Assembly (NCBI GenBank): GCA_963833485.1 | Contig: CAWHXT010000005.1 | Span: 21,330-85,329, forward strand | DNA from: an uncultured Candidatus Micrarchaeota archaeon | GTDB lineage: Archaea; Micrarchaeota; Micrarchaeia; Micrarchaeales; CABMGC01 | Reading direction: 5' to 3' | DNA length: 64,000 nt | Shown here: piece after piece, positions 25,635-35,628 of the stretch | Numbering within the stretch: the stretch's first letter is position 1 | Layout of the letters: every line of letters begins with the position of its first letter | Notes under the pieces: model-generated | Told to the model about the DNA's origin: nothing | Database searches by the model: none | Seen by the model: only the letters and a program-made list of their open reading frames with translations | Translations under genes and position numbers: made by a program

Positions 25635-26759
25635 TTGATAACTATTCAACGTTCAAGAGATAAGTTTCGTTCAGAGATTAAAATCATAATAATCATATTC
25701 GTAATCACTTTCTTAGCGCGCGCAGTTTTAGCTTATCTTACAGTTTCGAGAGGATATGTGCCTTATTATTATTGGTTCGAAACTTTCAACGATTTTTTTG
25801 AAACTTCGAAAGTGCTAAGCTCATTAAGTAGTGGAATATTACCATATCTCAATTTTCTTTATCAATATCCTCCATTATCTCTTTACGTTGCTTATCCTTT
25901 CTTTCTAATAGGAGGTAAATTTGGCTTTGCATTTTTGGTAATTATAGCAGACTCTTGCTCAGCTGTCTTAATTTATAAAATAGTAAGAGAATTTGCAAGT
26001 AAAGGAGTTTCCACCGTCGCTTGGATTGCGTATGCACTTTCGCCATTTGTACTGCTCTACGAAGGCCTCACGCTGATGAACATCGAACCTATGCTATTTT
26101 TCATACTTCTTGCAGTTTACTTCTTGCATAACAAGAAGCTGATCTACTCCTCTCTTGCGCTTTCAGTAGCGATAATGTTTAGGCAGGAGGCGCTTTTCGC
26201 ATTACTTATGTACCTTCCAGTAATCCACAGTTACGATCGCAAGACCATTCTAAAAGCGGTTATTGCGTTCTTGGGAGTAATCATTGTTGTCTCTGGACCT
26301 TTCTTGATTCTTGCCCCTTATCAGTACATTAGCATGATAAGCTACAATACAAGGGATTTCTTCGCAGCGATAACTCCTAATATAACAGAACTGTTATTGT
26401 TTGCAATAGCCGCATTTACATTCTTGATTCTTTACAAAGAGCGGAAAAGCAAGAATATTATTGAATTATGGGGAGCATTCGGTTTCGCTCTGCTAATCAT
26501 GTTTTTCGTATATTTTGACATTAATCCTCCATTTAGGTATTACTATTTGCCTGTCTACGCTCTCTTATTGGCGGGATGCACCAAATGGAAAATGTCATTG
26601 GCTTGGTTCTGCTTTACAACAGTTAGCCTAATAATCCCACCAGGTTACGTACAAGAGGCGCTCCCATATCTAACGTTGTTGACGCTTATTGCAATACAAA
26701 GAGAAATTCATTTTAGAAATTTTGTGCTGCGTGTCAAGTCTAAAGTGTTAAATTTATAA
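25635..26759 (+). CDS. Polytopic membrane protein, possibly a GT-C type glycosyltransferase
   Basis: 374 aa with about 10 hydrophobic segments. Assigned by architecture only. TTG start. Confidence 0.35.
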   Translation: MITIQRSRDKFRSEIKIIIIIFVITFLARAVLAYLTVSRGYVPYYYWFETFNDFFETSKVLSSLSSGILPYLNFLYQYPPLSLYVAYPFFLIGGKFGFAFLVIIADSCSAVLIYKIVREFASKGVSTVAWIAYALSPFVLLYEGLTLMNIEPMLFFILLAVYFLHNKKLIYSSLALSVAIMFRQEALFALLMYLPVIHSYDRKTILKAVIAFLGVIIVVSGPFLILAPYQYISMISYNTRDFFAAITPNITELLLFAIAAFTFLILYKERKSKNIIELWGAFGFALLIMFFVYFDINPPFRYYYLPVYALLLAGCTKWKMSLAWFCFTTVSLIIPPGYVQEALPYLTLLTLIAIQREIHFRNFVLRVKSKVLNL

Positions 26760-26901
26760 GTTTAAGTTTCTGATAATGTTAACTGGCGGCAATGGGATAT
26801 AGCTTATTTTTATTTGAAAAGTCGTTTAGAACTATTTACATCTTTTCTAAAAATTAAACAATATATTCTAATAAAGAAACGTAATAAAATTAGCGATAAA
26901 A

Positions 26902-28203
26902 ATGCCATCAAACGGAGAAGAAAAGAAAAAATATAAGTTTTTATTCGTCACGCAAGAAGCATTATCACTTGATCTAGCTTGGCAGTTAGAAAAAGAAGGG
27001 CATGAAGTTAAGTTCTATTGTCATGACCAGCCTGAGAAAGACGTTGGAGAGGGATTTGTAGATAAAGTAGATAGTTGGGAAGAGCAGAAGGACTGGGCAG
27101 ACATCGTGGTTTTTGACGATGTGGGGTGGGGGTCGAAAGCTGACCAACTTAGGAAGGAGGGAAAGTTTGTAGTTGGAGGCTCCTCTTACACAGACAAGCT
27201 CGAGTTAGATAGGGATTTTGGGCAGAACGAATTAAAGGAGGCTGAAGTGCCGATTCTATTGAGCCATAACTATACCTCTTTTGATGAGGCAATTGATTTT
27301 GTAAAAAACAACCCAGATAAGTATGTAATAAAACCCAGTGGAGCTATCCAGGATGAAAAAGAGCTCCTGTTTGTGGGCCAGGAGGACAATGGCGCAGATG
27401 TGCTGCAGGTTCTTGAGCACTACAAAAGCACATGGTCCAAGAAGATAAAGACATTTTTACTGCAAAAGGTTGCAGAGGGAGTCGAGGTCGCGGTTGGGGC
27501 CTTCTTTAACGGAAAGGACTTTGTGCTGCCAGTCAACATAAACTTTGAGCATAAGAGACTTTTCCCTAATGAGATAGGTCCAAGCACTGGAGAGATGGGA
27601 ACCAGCATGATGTGGGTGAAAAGCAGCCCGGTATTTGATACCACTCTGAAGAAAATGAAGGATAAGATTGCGGCGAGCGGATATGTTGGATACATAGACA
27701 TCAACTGCATAGCAAATGGGAGGGGGATATGGCCATTGGAATTCACCTCACGCTTCGGGTATCCTACAATAAGCATCCAGATGGAGGGGATAACGAGCGA
27801 GTGGGGGCAGTTCCTTTACGATTTGGCGCACGGGAACGATGTTCAATTGAAGACTAAGAAAGGATACCAGGTGGGAGTCATCATTGCAATTCCTCCATTT
27901 CCGTTTGAGGATGAAAAGGCCTTCAACAAATACTCAGAAGGAGCCGCAATTCTTTTCAGAAGGCAGAATCTTGACGGAGTGCATATAGGCGAGGTGAAGC
28001 GCAATGGAGATGACTGGTATATCGCTGGAAAGTCTGGATACGCGCTGATAATCACTGGATCTGGAGTTACTATGGCAAACGCGATAAACGGAGCTTACCA
28101 GAACGTCAAGAACGTGATGATACCAAACATGTTCTATAGATCTGACATAGGACATAGGTGGTATAGGGACAGCGACATGCTGCTCAGCTGGGGCTACTTC
28201 TGA
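26902..28203 (+). CDS. PurD-like ATP-grasp enzyme (phosphoribosylamine-glycine ligase family)
   Basis: Collinear with PurD motifs: 'YVIKPSG', 'EHKRL', 'GPSTGEMGT' (cf. GPNTGGMG), 'EFTSRFGYPT' (cf. EFNCRFGDPE), 'SDIGHRW'. The N-terminus lacks the canonical GGREHA. Confidence 0.55.
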   Translation: MPSNGEEKKKYKFLFVTQEALSLDLAWQLEKEGHEVKFYCHDQPEKDVGEGFVDKVDSWEEQKDWADIVVFDDVGWGSKADQLRKEGKFVVGGSSYTDKLELDRDFGQNELKEAEVPILLSHNYTSFDEAIDFVKNNPDKYVIKPSGAIQDEKELLFVGQEDNGADVLQVLEHYKSTWSKKIKTFLLQKVAEGVEVAVGAFFNGKDFVLPVNINFEHKRLFPNEIGPSTGEMGTSMMWVKSSPVFDTTLKKMKDKIAASGYVGYIDINCIANGRGIWPLEFTSRFGYPTISIQMEGITSEWGQFLYDLAHGNDVQLKTKKGYQVGVIIAIPPFPFEDEKAFNKYSEGAAILFRRQNLDGVHIGEVKRNGDDWYIAGKSGYALIITGSGVTMANAINGAYQNVKNVMIPNMFYRSDIGHRWYRDSDMLLSWGYF

Positions 28204-28251
28204 AGGTTCGAGCAAAGCGTATATATAATTTTTTAAGCATAAAAATTACTG

Positions 28252-28851
28252 ATGGTAATAGTAAACCTCGAATCTCTTGAAACTATATCTGAGAAATTGA
28301 GAAAGGCTAGGATATCCTTAGGAATAAGTCAGAAGGCACTTGCGAAGCTTGCTGGAGTGAGCCAGGGGGAGATAGCTAGGATGGAACGCAGGCCTGCGGA
28401 ATTAAATCCTAGCTATGTCACACTGTTCAGCGTCATAACCGCAATAAACAACTACAACAGCATGAATTCTAAAGAAGCCACCTCCAAGCTCGCATACGAG
28501 CTCATGCACAAGAAAATTGTTTATGTGAGACCGGAGGAAAAGGTGAAGAAGGCATTGGAACTTATGCACAACAACGATTTCTCCATGCTTCCGGTTTTGG
28601 ACAGCAAGCACAGATGTATAGGGTCCCTAAATCAGAAGAAGCTATTAGAGCTGGCGCTTGAGATGGGCAAGAAGGTAGATGAGACAGCAGTTAAAGAGGT
28701 CATGGAGGGACCGCTTCCGTTAATAGACAAAAACACTCCGTTAAGCAAGATAAAGCCGATACTTGAAAATTGGGATGCTATCTTGATAACCAACAAAACT
28801 CAAGCAGTCGGGATAATAACCATCTATGATCTCTTCAAGATAATAATTTAG
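28252..28851 (+). CDS. HTH (XRE-type) plus CBS-pair transcriptional regulator
   Basis: 'LRKARISLGISQKALAKLAGVSQGEIARMER' followed by two CBS-like units ('MLPVLD', 'VGIITIYDL'). Confidence 0.75.
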   Translation: MVIVNLESLETISEKLRKARISLGISQKALAKLAGVSQGEIARMERRPAELNPSYVTLFSVITAINNYNSMNSKEATSKLAYELMHKKIVYVRPEEKVKKALELMHNNDFSMLPVLDSKHRCIGSLNQKKLLELALEMGKKVDETAVKEVMEGPLPLIDKNTPLSKIKPILENWDAILITNKTQAVGIITIYDLFKIII

Positions 28852-28910
28852 CTTATGATCTGTTACAGTTTAATATTTATTCAGCATACAATTATGCTGA
28901 GATAGATGGA

Positions 28911-29655
28911 ATGAAAATAAATGGAAATACTATTCTAATCACAGGTGGGGCGACTGGAATAGGGTTTGCACTCGCAGAGTCTCTGGTTAAGCTAGGTAAC
29001 GAAGTCATAATCTGTGGAAGAAGAGAGGAAAAATTGAGAGAGGCTAGGGAAAGAGTTCCAACCCTGAATATAAGGAAATGTGATGTCTCTAAGGAAAACG
29101 AACGGATGGCGCTATACGATTGGATCAGCACGAAATTTGGAGACTTCAACGTGCTTATAAACAATGCTGGGATACAGAGGCGTGTGGACTTCAAGAAAGG
29201 GATGGAGGATCTGCTAAAGAACGAGGATGAAATAGACATAAACCTTAAGGCACAGATCTATCTGTCAGCACAGTTCATACCGCTGCTTTCAAAGCGAAGC
29301 GAGGCTGCAGTCGTCAACGTTTCCTCTGGCCTTGGATTCGTACCAATGGCAGTCTTCCCAGTTTATTCAGCAACAAAAGCCGCGATACACTCCTTCACAG
29401 GTCTCTTTGAGACACCAGCTTAAGGGCACCTCCATAAGGGTGTTTGAGGTAATACCACCAACAGTCTACGATACAGAACTGAAGGGAAAGCCGATTGAGA
29501 AGGCGGACTGGACCGTCTCTGCTGCACAGGTCGCGGAGGAAGTGGTAAAGGGGATGCAGAACAATGAGTATGAGATAGCAATAGGCCCTTCGAAGGGATG
29601 GATAACCAGCTCCAAAAATGATCTTGACGAAGCATTCAAGAGCATCAATCACTGA
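28911..29655 (+). pseudogene. Short-chain dehydrogenase/reductase (SDR), frame disrupted as read
   Basis: 'ITGGATGIG', 'NNAG' and 'YSATKAA' are present. The frame changes by +1 at the GG at 29400-29401 ('...HSFT|VSLRHQLKGTSIRV...'). 745 nt, i.e. 744+1. Confidence 0.75.
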
Positions 29656-29733
29656 GGGAAGACTCTTAAATCTGAGCTAAACCCCCGTTTTAGAACAGTT
29701 TATAAAGCTTCTATTTTTATATTAATTGATTAT

Positions 29734-30129
29734 ATGGCTAAGAAAAGAAGCGTGCGGAGCACGAATATGAGGAAAAATGAGCCGGTAACAGCTTTCTTGT
29801 TCATCCTCATAGGCGGAATGTTCATCCTGATACTGGGCGTTATATCAGCTTATTTTGGCCCAAGCAGGCTTCCGGCGGGCTTTGTTAATACATCTGGAGT
29901 AATAGGCTTTCTGGGCAGCTTCAACCTCTTCTACGGGTTCATTGGAATACTTTCTGGCTTGCTGTTGCTGGTGTGTTCACACGAACTGCGCACAAAAGAC
30001 AAGATGAAGATAAAAGTATGGTCTACGATCGCTCTCGGTGCAAGCGTATTGAGCATCTTCGACTTTGGAGGGTTCATAGTTGGCTTCATAATAGCAATAA
30101 TAGGGAGCATAATAGGGCTCATGGGCTGA
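29734..30129 (+). CDS. Small integral membrane protein
   Basis: 131 aa with about four hydrophobic helices and no known motif. Confidence 0.5.
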   Translation: MAKKRSVRSTNMRKNEPVTAFLFILIGGMFILILGVISAYFGPSRLPAGFVNTSGVIGFLGSFNLFYGFIGILSGLLLLVCSHELRTKDKMKIKVWSTIALGASVLSIFDFGGFIVGFIIAIIGSIIGLMG

Positions 30130-30439
30130 CTTTTCTAGGTGCAGTATCAAATATCTCCCCGAAACTTCTGCAGAAATAGGCCACAGAGAGCTTTACAGAC
30201 TTTCTGCCCGTTTGAGTAAGAGAGTACATTATTATCTTGCCTTTTCTTTTTCCTTTTATAAGCCCCTTCAGCCTCAGCTCCTTAAGTGCGGGATATATTG
30301 TGCCAGCCTTGGGTTTTTCTCCCCTGCGCTTCGCTATCTCAGATGCAAGCTCTTCGCCGTGCATATCCCTCTTTGAGAGCAGCCACAATATCTGGAACGA
30401 CAGCATGCCTCGCATGTCACATCCGTAATCCTTTCTCAT
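30119..30439 (-). CDS. PadR-family transcriptional regulator
   Basis: 'ILWLLSKRDMHGEELASEI....GTIYPALKELRLKGLI' is the PadR winged-helix signature. Start is uncertain (30415, 30439 or 30466). Confidence 0.8.
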   Translation of the reverse strand: MRKDYGCDMRGMLSFQILWLLSKRDMHGEELASEIAKRRGEKPKAGTIYPALKELRLKGLIKGKRKGKIIMYSLTQTGRKSVKLSVAYFCRSFGEIFDTAPRKVSP

Positions 30440-30533
30440 GTTTAACCAGCAATACATATAGGACATGCTATATATTTAAATATTTATGTCCGTATGATAT
30501 ATGATGTCCTATATATGGACGTGGTGAAATAAG

Positions 30534-30677
30534 ATGTGTGAAGATTGGAGCAATGGAATGCGAAACTTCCTGACTAAGGAGGAGAAACTTCAGATCTTGA
30601 AGGAATACAAGAAGAACCTTGAACAGGAGGCAAAGGGTGTGGAAGAGAGAATAAAGCAGATAGAGAAGAACAACTGA
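30534..30677 (+). CDS. Small charged coiled-coil ORF (47 aa), divergent from the PadR gene
   Basis: 'MCEDWSNGMRNFLTKEEKLQILKEYKKNLEQEAKGVEERIKQIEKNN'. Below the ORF-track cut-off. Followed by an oligo-T region. Confidence 0.4.
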   Translation: MCEDWSNGMRNFLTKEEKLQILKEYKKNLEQEAKGVEERIKQIEKNN

Positions 30678-30714
30678 ATTTTTCCTCGTTTGTTTTTTTG
30701 TTTTACTTTTTTAT
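30678..30714. terminator. Bidirectional oligo-T/oligo-A region between convergent genes
   Basis: 'atttttcctcgtttgtttttttgttttacttttttattc' contains several T runs between two convergent stops. Confidence 0.35.
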
Positions 30715-32661
30715 TCAGCTTATTTTATTCATTATAGCTCTTGCGAGTACGAATAGGTTAAGTGGGAGGGTAGAAAGGCTTTGAATTTGTGCGTTTACGT
30801 TAGGGGCGTTCTGCGAATTTATGCTAGGAACTTGTGGTGGGACGGTCGTAGTAGGAGAGCCGGTTATTGAATAAGTAGCGTTAGTCATATTGAAAAGTGC
30901 TCCAACTGATTTTCCTGTTGACGAATCTGTGATATTAAGGTACCATGGTCCTGGGGAGATGTTGGACTCGGTTTGGAATGTACCAGAGACGTATCCATAT
31001 GCGTCGGAGAAGGAATCTGGAGTGAAAGTTATTGTGTTGTTGTTCTTAACATTGATCAAAGACAGCACTGCACTAGAATATGGAGAAACACAGGCCTCCC
31101 ACGAGAGATAGCTCCCAATTTCGTAGCCACCATCGACTCCAGGTCCAACTGAAGTGATGTTCAGCCATGGAGGATTGCTGCACGCAAAACTGCTAGTGCT
31201 GCTTTGTGGAAGTACTATCTTTGAAGGCACGCGGCCAGTGTTGTGATTCCTTCCTAGAGGAGCCTCTGTTAATACATAGCCATCAAAGTTTGCCATTTCT
31301 TCAGAATGGTTCGCCCCGTTAGAGTAGTAGATCACCCAAAGGTCATAATTCTTATAAGATCCTATTTTGGTACTACTATTCACAGGACAGTTGAAGAATA
31401 GTTGCAAGTTATTAGTGCCTCTATGTAAAGATATGTTGACAGCTGTGAAGTTGTTTGCTGAAGGGTAGCCAGTGTAAGAGTAGGTGTAATATGCAAATGG
31501 AGAGATGCACGCCAGGCCGTATATGCTGTCTCCGTTTTTCAGGTTGCCAAAGCTGAAGTTTGCCCTGAGAGTTCCTGTAAGGTTTAACATAGGACGTGAG
31601 CAGTAGCTATAGTTCGTTTCCAAGTTTGGTATTCCTGAGATGTAATATGAACCGCAATAGCTTGGAAGAAGAGCGCTCAAATTAAGAAGGGGTCCTGGAA
31701 GAGCAGTAATTTCACTATCCGGCAATGGCTGCGAGCTTAGGGAAGTTTCATTGATTATAGTATTAAAGGATGTTTTGTTTTGACCAACTGAGATTGTGAT
31801 ATTAGAAGTTGAGGTAAGAAGTACGTTGTTATAAAGGTTTGAGAAACAGCCAGAAAACTTTCCTCCTATATTGAATCCCTTTGGACCATAATAGTAATAA
31901 TCTGAAGTAATGTTTACTATGGAGTTTATCGGTATGTACCCGCTTAGATTGCCTTTCACCAGGACGCATGGAGAACCCTTGTATGCGCTTTCAGAGACAG
32001 AACTGATTGTAAGGTTGATATCCTTCAATATTGTACTGTTCGAGAAATTTGAAGTATACTTGTATGGATTCAGCCCACTGCTGTACGAAGATGTTGCATT
32101 TCCATATACTCCAAGTGTTTTGTTATCAATGCAGCCAACGCTGCTCATGTTTTGCTGCGTTGTAGAAGAAGCAGCATTAGAGAACATCCCTAACAGGCCT
32201 TCAGACGCACCACCATTTTGAAACAGGTCGCTGCAAACATAACTAATTGAGTTGTTCCTTATATCTGTGAAATTGATGTTCAATGAATAGCTGAAGCTAG
32301 AAAGCTGCAGGTTTATTGTCGTCCCAAAGAATGTCCTAGAAACATTACCATTCTTATCTAGACTTACATTGAAAGGTATGCTTAGCTTAAAGGAGGTTAT
32401 GCCGCTTTTTATGTCTAAGTTTGAGTTGCCGCTGTAATTAACAAAGATCTGTTTTGTTGGATTTTGTTTGCTCTGCTGTGCGATTAGATTAATTAAAGTT
32501 GCAAGATTCAGCTGCTTGTGCGTTAGTAGATATTTAAAGAGCACATTTTGAGAAGCGGGTTGATATAGAAAGAAGTAAAGTGCAGCAATGATTATCAAAG
32601 CAATAGCGATTGTTGCAATTTTTATCTTTGTAGGGATCATGCAACAGCCAAATAAAAACAA
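30715..32661 (-). CDS. Large secreted or surface protein, Asn/Ser/Thr-rich with many N-x-S/T sequons and an N-terminal TM anchor
   Basis: N-terminal hydrophobic segment 'IATIAIALIIIAALYFFL'. Dozens of N-x-S/T sequons. Paralogous to the product of 44999-46423. Confidence 0.6.
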   Translation of the reverse strand: MFLFGCCMIPTKIKIATIAIALIIIAALYFFLYQPASQNVLFKYLLTHKQLNLATLINLIAQQSKQNPTKQIFVNYSGNSNLDIKSGITSFKLSIPFNVSLDKNGNVSRTFFGTTINLQLSSFSYSLNINFTDIRNNSISYVCSDLFQNGGASEGLLGMFSNAASSTTQQNMSSVGCIDNKTLGVYGNATSSYSSGLNPYKYTSNFSNSTILKDINLTISSVSESAYKGSPCVLVKGNLSGYIPINSIVNITSDYYYYGPKGFNIGGKFSGCFSNLYNNVLLTSTSNITISVGQNKTSFNTIINETSLSSQPLPDSEITALPGPLLNLSALLPSYCGSYYISGIPNLETNYSYCSRPMLNLTGTLRANFSFGNLKNGDSIYGLACISPFAYYTYSYTGYPSANNFTAVNISLHRGTNNLQLFFNCPVNSSTKIGSYKNYDLWVIYYSNGANHSEEMANFDGYVLTEAPLGRNHNTGRVPSKIVLPQSSTSSFACSNPPWLNITSVGPGVDGGYEIGSYLSWEACVSPYSSAVLSLINVKNNNTITFTPDSFSDAYGYVSGTFQTESNISPGPWYLNITDSSTGKSVGALFNMTNATYSITGSPTTTVPPQVPSINSQNAPNVNAQIQSLSTLPLNLFVLARAIMNKIS

Positions 32662-32714
32662 TAGTTATGATGATGGCAGATATAAAAGCTTTCCGAAGAT
32701 ATTTTTATTGCTTT

Positions 32715-33323
32715 ATGAAGATTTTGAAAACGGGTGGCAGTTCTATACAAAAGTGTGCAGATTGTTTGTCAGGAGGGGGTCTGATAATTTACCCTACAGA
32801 CACAGTCTATGGCTTGGGAGCTGACGCTATGAACAGCAAGGCGGTTGAACGTGCATTCGAAGCGAAGGGGAAGGATATCAGCAGGCCGTTCTCAATAGCC
32901 GTAGGTGACTTGGAGCAGGCCTTCGCGATTGCAGAGTTCAATGAGACCGCCCATCTTCTCGTAAGGAGATTTCTTCCGGGACCTTTGACTCTTGTGCTAA
33001 AGGCTAAGGCAGACATACAGCACGTGACTTACAATGGAACGATAGCGATAAGAGTGCCTTATGAGGGCTTCACCTTAAACTTATTGGAGCGCTTCGGAAA
33101 GCCGATAATCGCAACTTCGGCTAACATCTCTGGAGAAAAGGAGTCATACTCTTTCGCAGGACTTAGCAAGGAGATACTGGATAAAGTGGACATTGCTGTA
33201 GATGCTGGAGAGACCAAGTACAAGAAGGCGTCCACGATGGTGCAGGTGCAGGAGGACGGGATAAAAATTCTTAGAGAGGGAGCAGTAAGTTCTGATGAAA
33301 TTTACGATGCAATAAAGAAATAA
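32715..33323 (+). CDS. tsaC: L-threonylcarbamoyladenylate synthase (TsaC/YrdC/Sua5 family)
   Basis: 'GGLIIYPTDTVYGLGADA', 'LPGPLTLVL', 'IAIRVP' and 'TSANISG' are all hallmark motifs. Start chosen at the internal ATG. Confidence 0.8.
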   Translation: MKILKTGGSSIQKCADCLSGGGLIIYPTDTVYGLGADAMNSKAVERAFEAKGKDISRPFSIAVGDLEQAFAIAEFNETAHLLVRRFLPGPLTLVLKAKADIQHVTYNGTIAIRVPYEGFTLNLLERFGKPIIATSANISGEKESYSFAGLSKEILDKVDIAVDAGETKYKKASTMVQVQEDGIKILREGAVSSDEIYDAIKK

Positions 33324-33357
33324 TATTAAAGAGTAATACACATATGGTTGTGATACT

Positions 33358-33633
33358 ATGGCGGACAAGATAAGATGTGCACATATACTAGTGGAAAAAC
33401 AGTCGATAGCGTTAGAAGTGCTTGAGAAACTCAAGAAAGGAGAGAACTTCGCGAAACTAGCTGAACAATATTCAATAGATGGATCAAGAAAGCGTGGAGG
33501 GGATCTTGGATTCTTTGGAAGGGGGATGATGGTAAAGCCATTTGAGGATGCGGCATTCGCACTTGATAAGGGGCAAACATCTGGACTTGTGAAGACCCAG
33601 TTTGGCTATCACATCATCAAGAGACTAGAATAA
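33358..33633 (+). CDS. Parvulin-type peptidyl-prolyl cis-trans isomerase
   Basis: 91 aa. 'IRCAHILV', 'GGDLGFFGRGMMVKPFEDAAF' and 'TQFGYHIIK' are present. Confidence 0.85.
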   Translation: MADKIRCAHILVEKQSIALEVLEKLKKGENFAKLAEQYSIDGSRKRGGDLGFFGRGMMVKPFEDAAFALDKGQTSGLVKTQFGYHIIKRLE

Positions 33634-33648
33634 AAGTGAGGAGATCTT

Positions 33649-34422
33649 ATGGGAGCTGAAGAGCAAAATACGCAGATCGTAATGATGGTGGGAGGCGAAG
33701 GAAAGAGGATGGGCATAAACTCAGCGAAAGCGCTAGTAAAACTAGGAGATGACACGCTGCTCAACAGATGCGTCAAAGTTTTTATAAAAAACGGTTTTAG
33801 CAATTTTGTTTTCATCCTCGGTTACCAAGACAAAGAGGTGACAGCTTACATAGACCAATGTGACTGGAAGGATGCGCATGTCGAAAAGGTCTACGACTAT
33901 GCAAAAGGAATAGGGAAGGGCAAGGCCTTCAAACACGCGCTTATGGAGGGTAAGATAAAGAAGACAATGAGGACTATTTTTGTCTGGCCTGATGATATTT
34001 TTGTTGATCCTGGTTTACCTGCAAAGGTATTTCAAGAGCATCTACGCGCTGTCAAAAAGTTTGGAATCTTTGTAAGCGATATAGTTGAGACTGCGCACCG
34101 CTATCCAATGGGAGTTGTAAAGGCAGATGACAACGGCTTAGTAAAAGAGTTTGAGGAGAAACCACTTATTCCGCTGCTCGTTTCCACCGGCATGCGTATC
34201 TTTGAGCCGCAGACTTACAAATATTTCATTGATTTAATAGACCTGAATAAAGAAGGCTCTATTGAGTTTGAGTACGCAATTTTACCACAACTTGCAAAAG
34301 AAGGGAAGGTATACGCCGTGAAGATACCACCCGACTCGTGGGTCCAGATAAATACTCAGAAAGAACTAGAACAGGCAGAGAAACTTGTGGCAAAAGGCGT
34401 CCTTCCTAAGAAAATCGTTTGA
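33649..34422 (+). CDS. Sugar-phosphate nucleotidyltransferase
   Basis: N-terminal 'MVGGEGKRMG' (GxGxR) and a GlmU/RmlA-like fold pattern. Sugar specificity is unknown. Confidence 0.7.
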   Translation: MGAEEQNTQIVMMVGGEGKRMGINSAKALVKLGDDTLLNRCVKVFIKNGFSNFVFILGYQDKEVTAYIDQCDWKDAHVEKVYDYAKGIGKGKAFKHALMEGKIKKTMRTIFVWPDDIFVDPGLPAKVFQEHLRAVKKFGIFVSDIVETAHRYPMGVVKADDNGLVKEFEEKPLIPLLVSTGMRIFEPQTYKYFIDLIDLNKEGSIEFEYAILPQLAKEGKVYAVKIPPDSWVQINTQKELEQAEKLVAKGVLPKKIV

Positions 34423-34550
34423 TTATGGGAAGAGTCAGAAGCACAGAGCAGATACTTAAAGTACTACAGTGAAAAAATTCTCTTCTCAAGTTTGGCATGT
34501 GCCAATAACAAATATATATTGTTAGTTTGAATCCTAATTAAAGTGAGAAA

Positions 34551-35624
34551 TTGCTGAGCGAAGTCTTTAGGGGCACGGTCAACTACCTTCAAGTGATGAA
34601 TGAAAGAGGAGAGATTGACTCTTCCGTTTTTCCGAACGACCTGAAAGACGATAAGATAGTTGACATGTACAAGATGATGTGTTTCGCCAGGGCCTTTGAT
34701 GCAAAGGCGTTAAGCCTCCAGAGGCAGGGAAGGACTGCGACTTACGGGCCGCTGGTAGGAGAGGAGGCGACGCAGATAGGAGTGGCAAAAGCGATGAGAG
34801 ATAATGATTTCTTCGTTCCGAACTTCAGACAGCACGGAGTATTCCTAGCAAGGGGTATGCCAATAGATAGGATAGTACTCTATTGGAAAGGCTACGAAGA
34901 GGGAAACATGATCCCGAAGGAAGTGCATGGTTTTCCAGTCATCGTTCCTGTCGCTTCACAGGTACCTCATGCAGCAGGAATAGCTTTCGCTGAAAAACAT
35001 AAGAATACGGGAAATGCGGTTGTGGCCTTCGTTGGTGATGGAGGAACATCTGAAGGAGACTTCTACGAGGCGATGAACTTCGCAGGTGTTTTCAGGCTGC
35101 CTCTTGTGATAATAGTAGAGAACAACCAATGGGCGATATCAGTACCTAGAAAGAATCAGAGCGCAGCACAGACTCTTGCCCAGAAGGGCATCGCCGCTGG
35201 GATAAATGTAATTCAGGTTGATGGAAACGATGTGATTGCTGTTTACAAGGCAACAAGCGACGCCATTGCTAATTCTGCGAACGGACCAATGTTGATAGAA
35301 TGTGTGACATACAGGATGGGCATGCACACGACCGCAGACGATCCGACAAAGTACAGGAGCGATGCGGAGGTTGACGCTTGGAAGATAAAGGATCCGATAG
35401 CCAGGACAAGAGCATACCTGATGAAAAAGGGGTTATGGAACGATCAGTTGGAGAGCCAGATGCAAGCTGAGCAGCTCAAGCTTATAGACGAAGGCGTGGA
35501 GAAGGCAGAGCAGTTCAAGCCAGATCCTACCAGCATGTTCAAGAACATGTACAGCTTCATGCCGCAGGTGCTGCAGGACGAGCTTGACGACAATGTGAAA
35601 AACAACTGGTACATGGAGGAATGA
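34551..35624 (+). CDS. 2-oxoacid dehydrogenase E1 component, alpha subunit
   Basis: TPP-binding 'GDGGTSEGDFYEAMNFA...ENNQWAIS' and 'YRMGMHTTADDPTKYR'. Confidence 0.9.
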   Translation: MLSEVFRGTVNYLQVMNERGEIDSSVFPNDLKDDKIVDMYKMMCFARAFDAKALSLQRQGRTATYGPLVGEEATQIGVAKAMRDNDFFVPNFRQHGVFLARGMPIDRIVLYWKGYEEGNMIPKEVHGFPVIVPVASQVPHAAGIAFAEKHKNTGNAVVAFVGDGGTSEGDFYEAMNFAGVFRLPLVIIVENNQWAISVPRKNQSAAQTLAQKGIAAGINVIQVDGNDVIAVYKATSDAIANSANGPMLIECVTYRMGMHTTADDPTKYRSDAEVDAWKIKDPIARTRAYLMKKGLWNDQLESQMQAEQLKLIDEGVEKAEQFKPDPTSMFKNMYSFMPQVLQDELDDNVKNNWYMEE

Positions 35625-35628
35625 TTAT

